Source: Eledone cirrhosa (lineage: Eukaryota). Taken from it: a stretch of 64,000 nt of DNA. How positions within the stretch are numbered: position 1 is the first letter of the stretch; each line of letters begins with the position of its first letter. The stretch covers positions 19,840,001 to 19,904,000 of the forward strand of contig OZ024756.1 in NCBI GenBank assembly GCA_964016885.1, written 5' to 3'. Shown here piece after piece: positions 53,312-64,000 of this stretch. The position numbers and the translations under genes are program-made. Under the pieces are notes generated by a model. The model searched no databases. It worked only from the letters and a program-made list of their open reading frames with translations, and had not been told where the DNA came from.

Positions 53312-54149
53312 GAAATATATATATATTATATAAAAGAGAAATATATATATATATATATATATATAGTGTGTGTTGATAAAACGAAGAAATGACACACAAC
53401 TGTTGCTACTACTACTACTATTACCACCACCACCACCATTATTACCACCACCGCCACCACCATTACTGCTACAACTACTACTACTACCACCACTACCACC
53501 ACCAGTAAGTACATTCACCACCACCATTATTACCACCACCACCACCACCACCACCATTACTGCTACAACTACTACTACTACTACCACCACTACCACCACC
53601 AGTAAGTACATTCACCACCACCATTATTACCACCACCACCACCACCATTACTGCTACAACTACTACTACTACCACCACTACCACCACCAGTAAGTACATT
53701 CACCACCACCATTATCCTCAATATAAACAAATAAATCTAATTTTCCCAAAATCTACAAACGCCATTATTATGTTTTAGAAAAACTAGGGATATTACCTGT
53801 GGCATATTATGTTCTTTCCCCCCAAAACACCACTCCCACCACCAACCACTCCCATCACTACTCCCACCACCACTACCACAAACACCGCCACCACCACTCC
53901 CACCACGACCACCAACCACGCCACCACCACAAACACCACCCACTCCCACCTTACTGGCACCACTATCACTACTACCACCACCAACCACTGCCACCACCAC
54001 TACCACCGCCATCCACCGACCGCTGCCACCACCACTCCTCCTACCACCACTCCCACTACTACCATCACAAACACCAGAGAAAGAACTTCATTACGACATC
54101 AAAGTGAGGTCAGTTTGTGACAGACAAATGTACACTGAAGCTGAGGTAG

Positions 54150-55125
54150 CCAACAGCTGATAGTCAACAGACGACAGACAACAACCAGCAACTGACAGCC
54201 AATAGCCAACTGCCAATAGCCTACCACCAACTACCAATAGCCAACAACCGACAACCGACATTCAATAGACAATTGCCAAGAGCCAACAGACAACAACCAA
54301 CAACCAACTGCCAGCAACCAACAACCAGCTACCAATAGCCAACTGCCAAGAGCCAACAAACAACAGCCAATAAGCCAACTGCCAAGAGCCAACAACCAAC
54401 AGCCAACTGCCAAGAGCCAATAAATCAACTGCCAATAAGCCAACTGCCAGTGACCAAAATCCAACTACCAATTACTAACTGCCAACTACCAACTGCCAAC
54501 TACCAACAGCCAACAAACCAATATCCAACTACCAACTTCCAACTGCCAACTACCAACAGCCAACAAACCAATATCCAACTACCAACTTCCAACTGCCAAC
54601 TACCAACAGCCAACAAACCAATATCCAACTACCAACTTCCAACTGCCAACTACCAACAGCCAACAAACCAATATCCAACTACCAACTTCCAACTGCCAAC
54701 TACCAACAGCCAACAAACCAATATCCAACTACCAACTTCCAACTGCCAACTACCAACAGCCAACAAACCAATATCCAACTACCAACTTCCAACTGCCAAC
54801 TACCAACAGCCAACAAACCAATATCCAACTACCAACTGCCAACAGCCAACAAACCAATATCCAACTACCAACTTCCAACTGCCAACTGCCAACAGCCAAC
54901 AAACCAATATCCAACTACCAACTGCCAACTACCAACAGCCAACAGCCAACAGATAAATATCCAACTACCAACTGCCAACTACCAACAGCCAACAGCCAAC
55001 AGATAAATATCCAACTACCAACTGCCAACTACCAACAGCCAACAGCCAACAGATAAATATCTAACTACCAACTGCCAACTACCAACAGCCAACAGACCAA
55101 TAAGCCAACAATCAACAGACAATAG
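54150..55125. repeat. CCAACT/CCAACAG-based minisatellite with a 50-bp higher-order unit
   Basis: ATATCCAACT recurs every 50 bp (54521, 54571 ... 54821). Confidence 0.9.
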
Positions 55126-55159
55126 ACCAATAGTAAGTCTATCAATAAAAGTCGAAACA

Positions 55160-56116
55160 ATGGCTGTTATTATCTTCTGGAAGGTTTTCCCTCTCATCTA
55201 CGTCGTTATCGGAACTATCGGCAACGTCTTTGTCATGGCAATATTCCTGAAGAAAGAGATGCGTCGTTCACCTAATACAATAATCATGTTCGTAACTTCC
55301 CTCATAGATATCATCATTCTTTATGCATCACTGTTGTGGAAATGGTACACTTACTCCGAATATCCGAATGAAATCCAGGTCGGTGCCGTCTTATGCAAAT
55401 TTCGCCTATGGATTGCCGTCTCGTTCGGCATGATGGAACCGTGGTTTTTGATAATCGTCACGTTCCAGCGCACTTGGCTGATATTTCGACCACTCAGTGG
55501 CCTCGGTCAAACGAGAAGCCAGCGAAGGTCGATTATTGAAGTAGTGGTGTTCATGGCTTTCGTTCTTCTCATAAATTCCCATCAACTGTATGATTTGCAA
55601 GAAGGCAACCAAATGCACACTAAACGCATCCTTTGTTACGATATAAATTCCCCCTATCTGCCCTTTTATGATATATGGAAGACAGTACTGGCGGCCAGTA
55701 CGTTTATACTACCCACGTTTCTCATCATCATATTGGACATCAGCCTTCTGTATCGGTTAGGTTTCTTCTGTTGCGAGTCCAGCGCAAAATATCGTCGGGC
55801 GAACGACAACCCGAATTCTGTGACAGCAAATGCCACAAGAAACGTCACGCTGATATTCGCCATAAATATAGTCTACCTGGTCACATCTATTCCTATGACA
55901 ATCTTCAACATCTCAAATTCCAACAACCTCGATTTCAATATCGTTTGTAATATGTTGCTTTATGTACGCAACACCTTCGGTTTCCTATCATACTTGACTA
56001 ATGGTCCATTTCGGAAGATTATCTCGTCAATGTTTGAGAAAAAATGTCGTGCCCTCACTCGAAGACGAGCGACTACTACGGTGAGTCCTTCAAACGGTAT
56101 GACGTCAAACATGTAA
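55160..56116 (+). CDS. Rhodopsin-family (class A) GPCR, peptide-receptor-like orphan, single exon
   Basis: Seven hydrophobic segments. TM1 GTIGN, TM2 SLID, Cys at the start of TM3 (LCKF), TFQR at the DRY position, TM5 FILP, TM6 YLVTSIP. Confidence 0.85.
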   Translation: MAVIIFWKVFPLIYVVIGTIGNVFVMAIFLKKEMRRSPNTIIMFVTSLIDIIILYASLLWKWYTYSEYPNEIQVGAVLCKFRLWIAVSFGMMEPWFLIIVTFQRTWLIFRPLSGLGQTRSQRRSIIEVVVFMAFVLLINSHQLYDLQEGNQMHTKRILCYDINSPYLPFYDIWKTVLAASTFILPTFLIIILDISLLYRLGFFCCESSAKYRRANDNPNSVTANATRNVTLIFAINIVYLVTSIPMTIFNISNSNNLDFNIVCNMLLYVRNTFGFLSYLTNGPFRKIISSMFEKKCRALTRRRATTTVSPSNGMTSNM

Positions 56117-56215
56117 TCGAACATTTTTTTGATTTTTTTTGATTTTTTTTTGATTTTTTTAATATTAAATTTGCAAAGAAAACGACAAAAGAAGACATGA
56201 ACACCATGAGCATTT

Positions 56216-56262
<47 letters not shown>

Positions 56263-56298
56263 CACATATATATACATATTACATATACATACATATTA

Positions 56299-56404
<106 letters not shown>

Positions 56405-56441
56405 CATATACATACATATTATATATATATTACATATACAT

Positions 56442-56474
<33 letters not shown>

Positions 56475-56528
56475 TACAGATAAATATATATATTTACTTA
56501 TTACATATAAATATATATATTTACATAT

Positions 56529-56592
<64 letters not shown>

Positions 56593-56700
56593 ATATATAT
56601 ATTATATATAAATGTTATATATATATTGTATCTACATACATATATATATATACATACATAAATATATATAATATATATATATGCATATGCACGCTCCGCC

Positions 56701-56799
<99 letters not shown>

Positions 56800-57269
56800 T
56801 ATATATATATATATATACTTATGTGTGTTCTATTTCTATATATATACTCTGTAAATATATCTATTCAATTTTAGACTACAAATTTTGCCGCAATCCTTTT
56901 TTCCCCCTTCTCTGAACAGTATAACAGAATAACTGAATGAAAATTTGTGTCGGAATACATGAATTGGAACTATTACACATTAATGAAATAACCGTTATAT
57001 GTTAAAAAGCCATCAGGAACTCGATAACTTTGATAATGAACATTTGAATTGTAAATAACTATATCTTACATTCTGTGGAATCCTTTTTTCCAGTAACAAT
57101 CGTTTTGGAATTATTTCAGGGCAAATAAGACTCTTGAAGAGAAAAAAAACGTTAGACATTTTGATTAAAGCGGACGAGATATGAAAGAAGCCATTTTGTT
57201 GTAGAAAATAAAAGCAATTTAATAGGACATATTTATATGATGATACACACATTAACATTCACCACCCAA

Positions 57270-57349
<80 letters not shown>

Positions 57350-57424
57350 CCACCCTCTCTCTCTCTCTCATACACACACACACACACACACATACACATT
57401 CACACATACATTCATATACAAAAT

Positions 57425-57460
<36 letters not shown>

Positions 57461-57538
57461 GTACGAATATAAATATATATATATATAAATATGTATACGA
57501 TATTAATAAATGGAAACTATATTTATAAAACCATATTT

Positions 57539-57607
57539 ATTTCATTATACATATTTCAGGGATACCAAATTAAATTAACTTATGGTATGCCTTCATCAGA
57601 CAAAATA
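57539..57607 (-). ncRNA. Family A hammerhead motif
   Basis: Minus strand reads ATTTTGT CTGATGA AGG C ATACCA...TGGTAT C CCT GAAA TATGTA TA ATGAAAT. Confidence 0.78.
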
Positions 57608-57692
57608 CAATATATAACAGTTTTACAAATAAGCTTTGACGTACCCTTTTAAAATGCAACCATTGATTTTGGAAGCCATGCGTGTATATATG

Positions 57693-57770
<78 letters not shown>

Positions 57771-57892
57771 AGAGTTAAACAAGATTCAATGAATACATCA
57801 AAGATTCGAAGCACTCTACAAGAAAATATTTTCAAGGGTTATTAATATTAATTCCCAATATTAACAAAATAGATATTCTTGTGATCAATTAT

Positions 57893-57957
57893 ATTTTATT
57901 ATACATATTTCAGAGGTACTGAATTAAGTTCAACAGTACGTCCTCATCAGATAAAAT
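57893..57957 (-). ncRNA. Family A hammerhead motif
   Basis: Minus strand reads ATTTTAT CTGATGA GGA C GTACTG...CAGTAC C TCT GAAA TATGTA TA ATAAAAT. Confidence 0.82.
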
Positions 57958-58176
57958 AAAATGATACATGACATACCCTGACATGGTAGATGGTTAAGAT
58001 TTAATCAAGGAATTAATATATATATATATATATATATATATAAACATACACACACATATATATATGCATACGAATATATACATATATGATGCATACACAT
58101 ATACATCTCTATATACATCTCTATATACATCTCTATATACACCTCTATATACATGCTTATACATCTCTATATACAC

Positions 58177-58244
<68 letters not shown>

Positions 58245-58252
58245 CTCTATAT

Positions 58253-58294
<42 letters not shown>

Positions 58295-58466
58295 GGATTG
58301 AGGAAGACGAGGCTGTGTGGTTACTGATAACGAGTGTTAGAAAGTAAGGCGACACAAACAAGAGATGGACAGTTTCCATTCGTCAGCTGTTTATTATGGG
58401 TCATGGATGTTTCGGCGCATTATATATTAAGTTTTGTTGTTCACACACGCACGCACACACACACAC

Positions 58467-58590
<124 letters not shown>

Positions 58591-58757
58591 CTTTCAAAAA
58601 AAGAGTAACTGAACTTTCTATATCATAAACGTTCCTCTCAACAGTTTTACAAGAGGTGTCAAATGGAATAAATCTGTTTTTCCCAAAGAATTATTTTTTT
58701 TCACTTTGCTACTGATCCTTCTCCTCTACCTTTATATTTCTTCTTTAATTTCTCATT

Positions 58758-58800
58758 CTATTATCTGATGAAGGACTGGCGTCCGAAACGTTAAGACTAT
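58758..58800 (+). ncRNA. Minimal hammerhead motif of Penelope-associated type
   Basis: CTGATGA(58765)-A-GGAC TGGC GTCC-GAAACGTTA. Confidence 0.6.
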
Positions 58801-58871
58801 TTTCCTACTATATCAAGCGTAAATCAAATATATTTCTTCATTATACTGTGTTGTTTGTTTTGTTATTTTGC

Positions 58872-58938
<67 letters not shown>

Positions 58939-59017
58939 CACCCCATTCTCATCTCAAGCGTGAACCTAATACCTCTACACCTTTCGTAACTATACTCCTT
59001 GTTGTTATTTACTTTTT

Positions 59018-59057
<40 letters not shown>

Positions 59058-59059
59058 GT

Positions 59060-59250
59060 TATTCCGGGTTGAATCGGAGGTAACCACAGTAAGTAAGGTA
59101 CTCAATACATTGCAGAGTATAAAAGTTTTAATATAGATGAGATTCTACAGGACTAGAACTGTTTCATTCTTTAGAAATCATCAGGATTCCTGATGATTTC
59201 TAAAGAATGAAACAGTTCTAGTCCTGTAGAATCTCATCTATATTAAAACT
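59060..59250. mobile_element. Fold-back element in (TA)n with a ~125-bp palindrome carrying HHR-like cores on both strands; relative at 27900-28045
   Basis: Palindrome centred ~59187. CTGATGA T TTC TAAA GAA T GAAAC at 59190. Shared leader GTAACCA.AGT.AGTAAGGTACTCAATACAT. Confidence 0.65.
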
Positions 59251-59257
59251 ATATATA

Positions 59258-59294
<37 letters not shown>

Positions 59295-59685
59295 GGAGAG
59301 ATAAAGGATAAAGATCCCATAACTTCTTGTGGAGTCGTAGAGGCACCGTCATACGGAGTGTCTAAGGGCACATTTAAACTTGGCGGAACCCAACTCTCTC
59401 CTGATCTGAACACAGCTGACTTTTTCTATAGAGGAAGAATCGCCCCCCAGCATTGGACTGGTACTTTTTTTATTGACCTAGAAAGGTTGAAATGCAAAGT
59501 CGACCACGGCAGGATTTGAACTCAGAGCGCGCAATGTAGGTGGTACGAATACCGTAAAGCATTCTATATGACGTCTTAACGACTCTGCCAAGTTGCTGAT
59601 TACAATTACTACTGCCAGTGAGACAGAGGACATTACAGCCAGTCAGACAGAGGACAAACATATGTACATATACATATGTATATAG

Positions 59686-60246
59686 ACGAGAGAGCTTCAA
59701 AAAGTTCATGGAAAAAGTTCATAGCTAAAAGCTTTGATCTCAATGCACCTGTATGTTATCGTACTAAAATGTCATAAAATGTTCTAACATGAACCCTTAA
59801 ATACATGTCGCAACGTGGCGCCGCCAGTCGGAAGTCACCATCAGCTCAAGCAACATGGCTTCCATCAAAACATCAAATTCATGGTGAAGCTAGGGTGGGA
59901 AACAGCCAAATCATTGACACTCTGGAGCAAGTTTATGGGGACAATGTCCCAAAGAAATCAACAATCAACAATCTACAAAGAGATAAGTCGTTTTAGAAGT
60001 GGAAGAGATGAGGTTGAAAATGATCCCCAGTTGAAGATGTAAAAAAAGGTGCTTTGACATGGTTTAAATCGCATGGCCTTCAGTTTTACACAGATGGACA
60101 TAAAGGTTGGTATCAACGCTTGCAAAAGTGTATTGACTTGTAAAGGTGTATTGACTTAGATGGAGCATATGTTGAAAAATAAACATCATAACTGTAACCG
60201 TTTTTTTCCAACTGTCTCTTTTTTACGAACTTTTTGAAGAAACCTC

Positions 60247-60248
<2 letters not shown>
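59686..60248 (+). mobile_element. Internally deleted mariner transposon
   Basis: Imperfect TIRs ACGAG...CTTCAAAAAGTTC / GAACTTTTTGAAG...CTCGT. Transposase N-terminus IKFMVKLG...QVYGD...FRSGRDEVENDP is joined to C-terminus ...RLQKCID...GAYVEK. Confidence 0.85.
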
Positions 60249-60310
<62 letters not shown>

Positions 60311-60695
60311 GACGCAACATAAGAAAATTTTAAAAATTAAAAATTAACTTACTAAAATTTTCACTCCAACTAATTAGTTTCTATAATGGGATAAATATAG
60401 TTACACAATGTAACTATCGAGAATTCATTACGTCATCAGGGAGTCTATTCTCAGCTAAGTTCCCAGGCAGTGCGCGGACACTAGGAACCCATATAAAAAT
60501 AATAATTCAGTGGATGTAATAAGCTAGCGGGGACTAAATTCCATAGCACTGAAAAAGTTCACTGCCTCTGGTCAGTGGTGGATTCTAAAGAATCAATCAC
60601 GTGATACTGAGGTTAGTCAGTTAGGAGTGGGGTGGTATTATGACAAGAGCCTACTACTATTACTATGAATTAGCAGTAGATTTGGCAAGTTTGCT

Positions 60696-60779
<84 letters not shown>

Positions 60780-61516
60780 CAAGAGTAAACCAATCTTAAA
60801 TAGAAAGATGGAGATAGGAGAGGAGAGATTGGTGAAGGTGTTAGAAGCCAAAAGCCTAAAGGCATGTGCTCAATGTGCAATATGCAGTGGGAGGCAGCTA
60901 GAGAACTGGGTACATGCAGATATTAGGTGCACAGAGCTGGAAATATTCATTAGTTAAGCAAATCAAGACTACAAATTCACATGGAAGACGTTAGTTAAAG
61001 AGTGTCAACATAGTTGCATTTTAATGTAAGGAATTTAATGGTTGTTTATAGCAGACATTTGAGCTCTCCAATGCCCTCTTCGGGAACTGCCAATCTAAGG
61101 AATCTTACGGACACGTAACCCTCTTACTTTATTTTATTTTATATTTCTTATTCCATTTTATCTATATCAATATTTTCATTATCTCATCTGACGTTCTGAA
61201 AAGGGAAGATACCCTACACTGAAAATAATCCCTAGCACAATTTTGCAAGAAAATTTAATATGAAAAAAATAATATGAAACACAGATTTCCAAAGTCTTGC
61301 TGATTACTAATATAATAAATTATTTTAATGATATTGTTCTTAACTCTATAATATATATTCTTTATTTTTGAAATCAGTATAATGATATTTTTATCAAAAC
61401 TGTTGTGCTGTTATTTTTTGTGTAAAGATATAAATACTGAAAATTAGCTCTAGTGCTTTTTATTTAGGGGAAAATAATAAGACCTGTCTTATAATAGAGG
61501 AAACAGTATATAGACT

Positions 61517-61600
<84 letters not shown>

Positions 61601-61718
61601 ATATATTATTCAGAATATTAATAGATGTTTTATTGTTTTATTATATATATTCCAGTATTGGCCAATACTGGAATTGAACCATCAAGACCGTTGAGGTATG
61701 TCATACATCAATTCATGT

Positions 61719-61781
61719 ATTTTATCTGACGAGGACGTACTGAAAAAACACCACACTACCTTCGAAATATATATAATAAAA
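61719..61781 (+). ncRNA. Family A hammerhead motif in element 61665-61930 (close relative of 1485-1745)
   Basis: ATTTTAT CTGACGA GGA C GTA...TAC C TTC GAAA TATATA TA ATAAAA. Confidence 0.72.
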
Positions 61782-62908
61782 CATATATTTTGATTATGTG
61801 AATGTCTTCATTTATTAATATTCTGAATAATATTAATAACTCCAGAAAACTTCATTGTAGAGTGCTTTTAATCTATTGTAAAACTATATTCATTGAGTAA
61901 TCAATGAATCATATTAATCTTTGGTTATATAAATATATATATATATATATATATCACCATTCTCCCTCCTATTATAACTTAGACACTTATATATATTTAC
62001 CATTCTTTCCTCTAACCACTATACTTGATCAGGAATGGGAACTACTAAGTAAAACTTTCGTGTCGGATTTCAAGAGTTCTACACAACCGTTAGAACAAGA
62101 GTTACCTCCCTGGATACAAGACCGAGAATGTGCCAGAGCTGTTGCTATACTGAAGGTGAGTGTTATCATAAATCTGCCTGTTGATTATAATTAGAGATGT
62201 TTACCTTGAACTGCTCCAGATGGAGCCCAGGACTGAGGCAGAAGAGTAGGGATGCCACTGCTCCCTTACTATTATAACTGAATTATTTCTATCCCTTTTT
62301 TTTTTTGTAGGTGGTGCAGACGTTTCTAATTTTCCAACAGCAATTTTTTTGAGGGGTGCAGTTGCGCCCCCCCCCCCCCCCCTCTGCATCGCCACTATTA
62401 CGCCATCATCATCATCGTCGTCATCATTTTAATACCTGCTTCTCTCCTGGTGGATCTTTAGATTTAGAAAATAGAGTTTGTAAAAAAAAGTCCTGAAATA
62501 CATTCCTTGTGAATGAGAGTAGCCACCCTGAACCTTCAGAAAGCCCCCCCCCCCCACCCACCCCACCCAATGCTGAATTTTCAGAAACCCCTCACCACCA
62601 CAGAATCTTCAGAACCTCCCCCCTCACACAGAATCTTCAGGAAGCTCCCACCCCCAGAATCTTCAGAAACCACTACCCCCGGATTTTATAGAACCCACCC
62701 TCCCAAATCTTCAGAAACCACCACCACACCCCAGAATCTTCGGAAACATACACCACCCTGGAATATTCTGAAGATTCTGGCATTTAAACTGGTTGTATCC
62801 AGCCAGAAATCTCTCGAATTTTCCTGTTCAAACTAACCATAACCAGCCCCTCTTACCGAAATTAAGCTATTGTTCTCAAAATAAATAATATCAAAATCTC
62901 ATAGATTC

Positions 62909-63250
62909 GATATTATGTGGGGTAAAGCCCTTACTGTGAAAATACAATAGTAAATATAGAGTAATGTAAATACTATGTGAGATATTATGTGAGGTAAAGC
63001 CCTTACTGCAAAAATCCAATAGTAAATATAGAGTAATGGAAATACTATGTGAGATATTATGTGAGGTAAAGCCCTTACTGCGAAAATCCAATAGTAAATA
63101 TAGAGTAATGTAAATACTATGTGAGATATTATGTGAGGTAAAGCCCTTACTGTGAAAATACAATAGTATATATAGAGTAATGTAAATACTATGTGAGGTA
63201 AAGCCCTTACTGTGAAAATACGATAGTAAATATAGAGTAATGTAAATACT
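62909..63250. repeat. 72-bp tandem repeat (~4.7 copies)
   Basis: GATATTATGT at 62909, 62981, 63053 and 63125. Confidence 0.9.
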
Positions 63251-63480
63251 AGAGTTAAACCTGGAAGAGCTGAGCCCATCTCCTCTCCAGTCCAGGCCAA
63301 TTTCTTCTAGAGAAAGAGTGAGAGAGTGATATAAAGAGAGATAGACGAAGAAATTGCTCTAGTACTGGACTGGTGCTGGTACTTTATTTATCAGCCTTAA
63401 CAGGATGTTTAGCAGAATAGATCTAGGCAGGATCGATCTTTGAACATAGAGAGCTGGGCATTCAGATAAACACTGGAGCC

Positions 63481-64000
63481 ACTGGGGCCTTTACATCAGG
63501 TAACCTAATAACACTTATTAGTTAGCTACCTTTACATAATGTACCTAACAACTGGGGTCTTTACATCAGGTAACCTAATAACACTTATTAGTTAGCTACC
63601 TTTACATTATGTACCTAACAACTGGGGTCTTTATATCAGGTACCCTAATAACACTGATTAGTTAGCTACCTTTACATTATGTACCTAACAACTGGGGTCT
63701 TTATATCAGGTACCCTAATAACACTGATTAGTTAGCTACCTTTACACAATGTACCTAACAACTGGGGTCTTTATATCAGGTACCCTAATAACACTGATTA
63801 GTTAGCTACCTTTACATTATGTACCTAACAACTGGGGTCTTTATATCAGGTACCCTAATAACACTGATTAGTTAGCTACCTTTACATAATGTACCTAACA
63901 ACTGGGGTCTTTATATCAGGTACCCTAATAACACTGATTAGTTAGCTACCTTTACATTATGTACCTAACAACTAGGGTCTTTATATCAGGTACCCTAATA
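63481..64000. repeat. 70-bp tandem repeat running off the window end
   Basis: ACTGGGG at 63481, 63551, 63621 and onward. Confidence 0.92.

Overview
This is AT-rich, microsatellite-saturated animal genomic DNA. The SINE and LINE content suggests an octopod cephalopod (inference). Almost all ORFs in the track are low-complexity artefacts of (TA)n, (CA)n, (CCA)n and (CCTA)n repeats. Two host genes are supported: a two-coding-exon galactose-3-O-sulfotransferase-family gene (40635-40802 + 43367-44524) and a single-exon rhodopsin-family GPCR (55160-56116). The mobile elements are a Tx1/L1-clade LINE with intact ORF2 inside a (CCTA)n array, two further Tx1 3' fragments, CRE-like, R4/Dong-like and RTE-like LINE remnants, Helitron and mariner remnants, and many tRNA-derived SINEs. 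The most notable signal is hidden RNA structure: about a dozen type-I hammerhead ribozyme (HHR) motifs. One set lies in a ~499-bp tandem-plus-inverted repeat (28231-30129) with one HHR per complete unit, which is a retrozyme-like, circular-RNA-generating architecture. A second, dispersed family has a covarying stem II and a palindromic stem III, and sits in fold-back (Penelope pseudo-LTR-like) insertions in (TA)n tracts.
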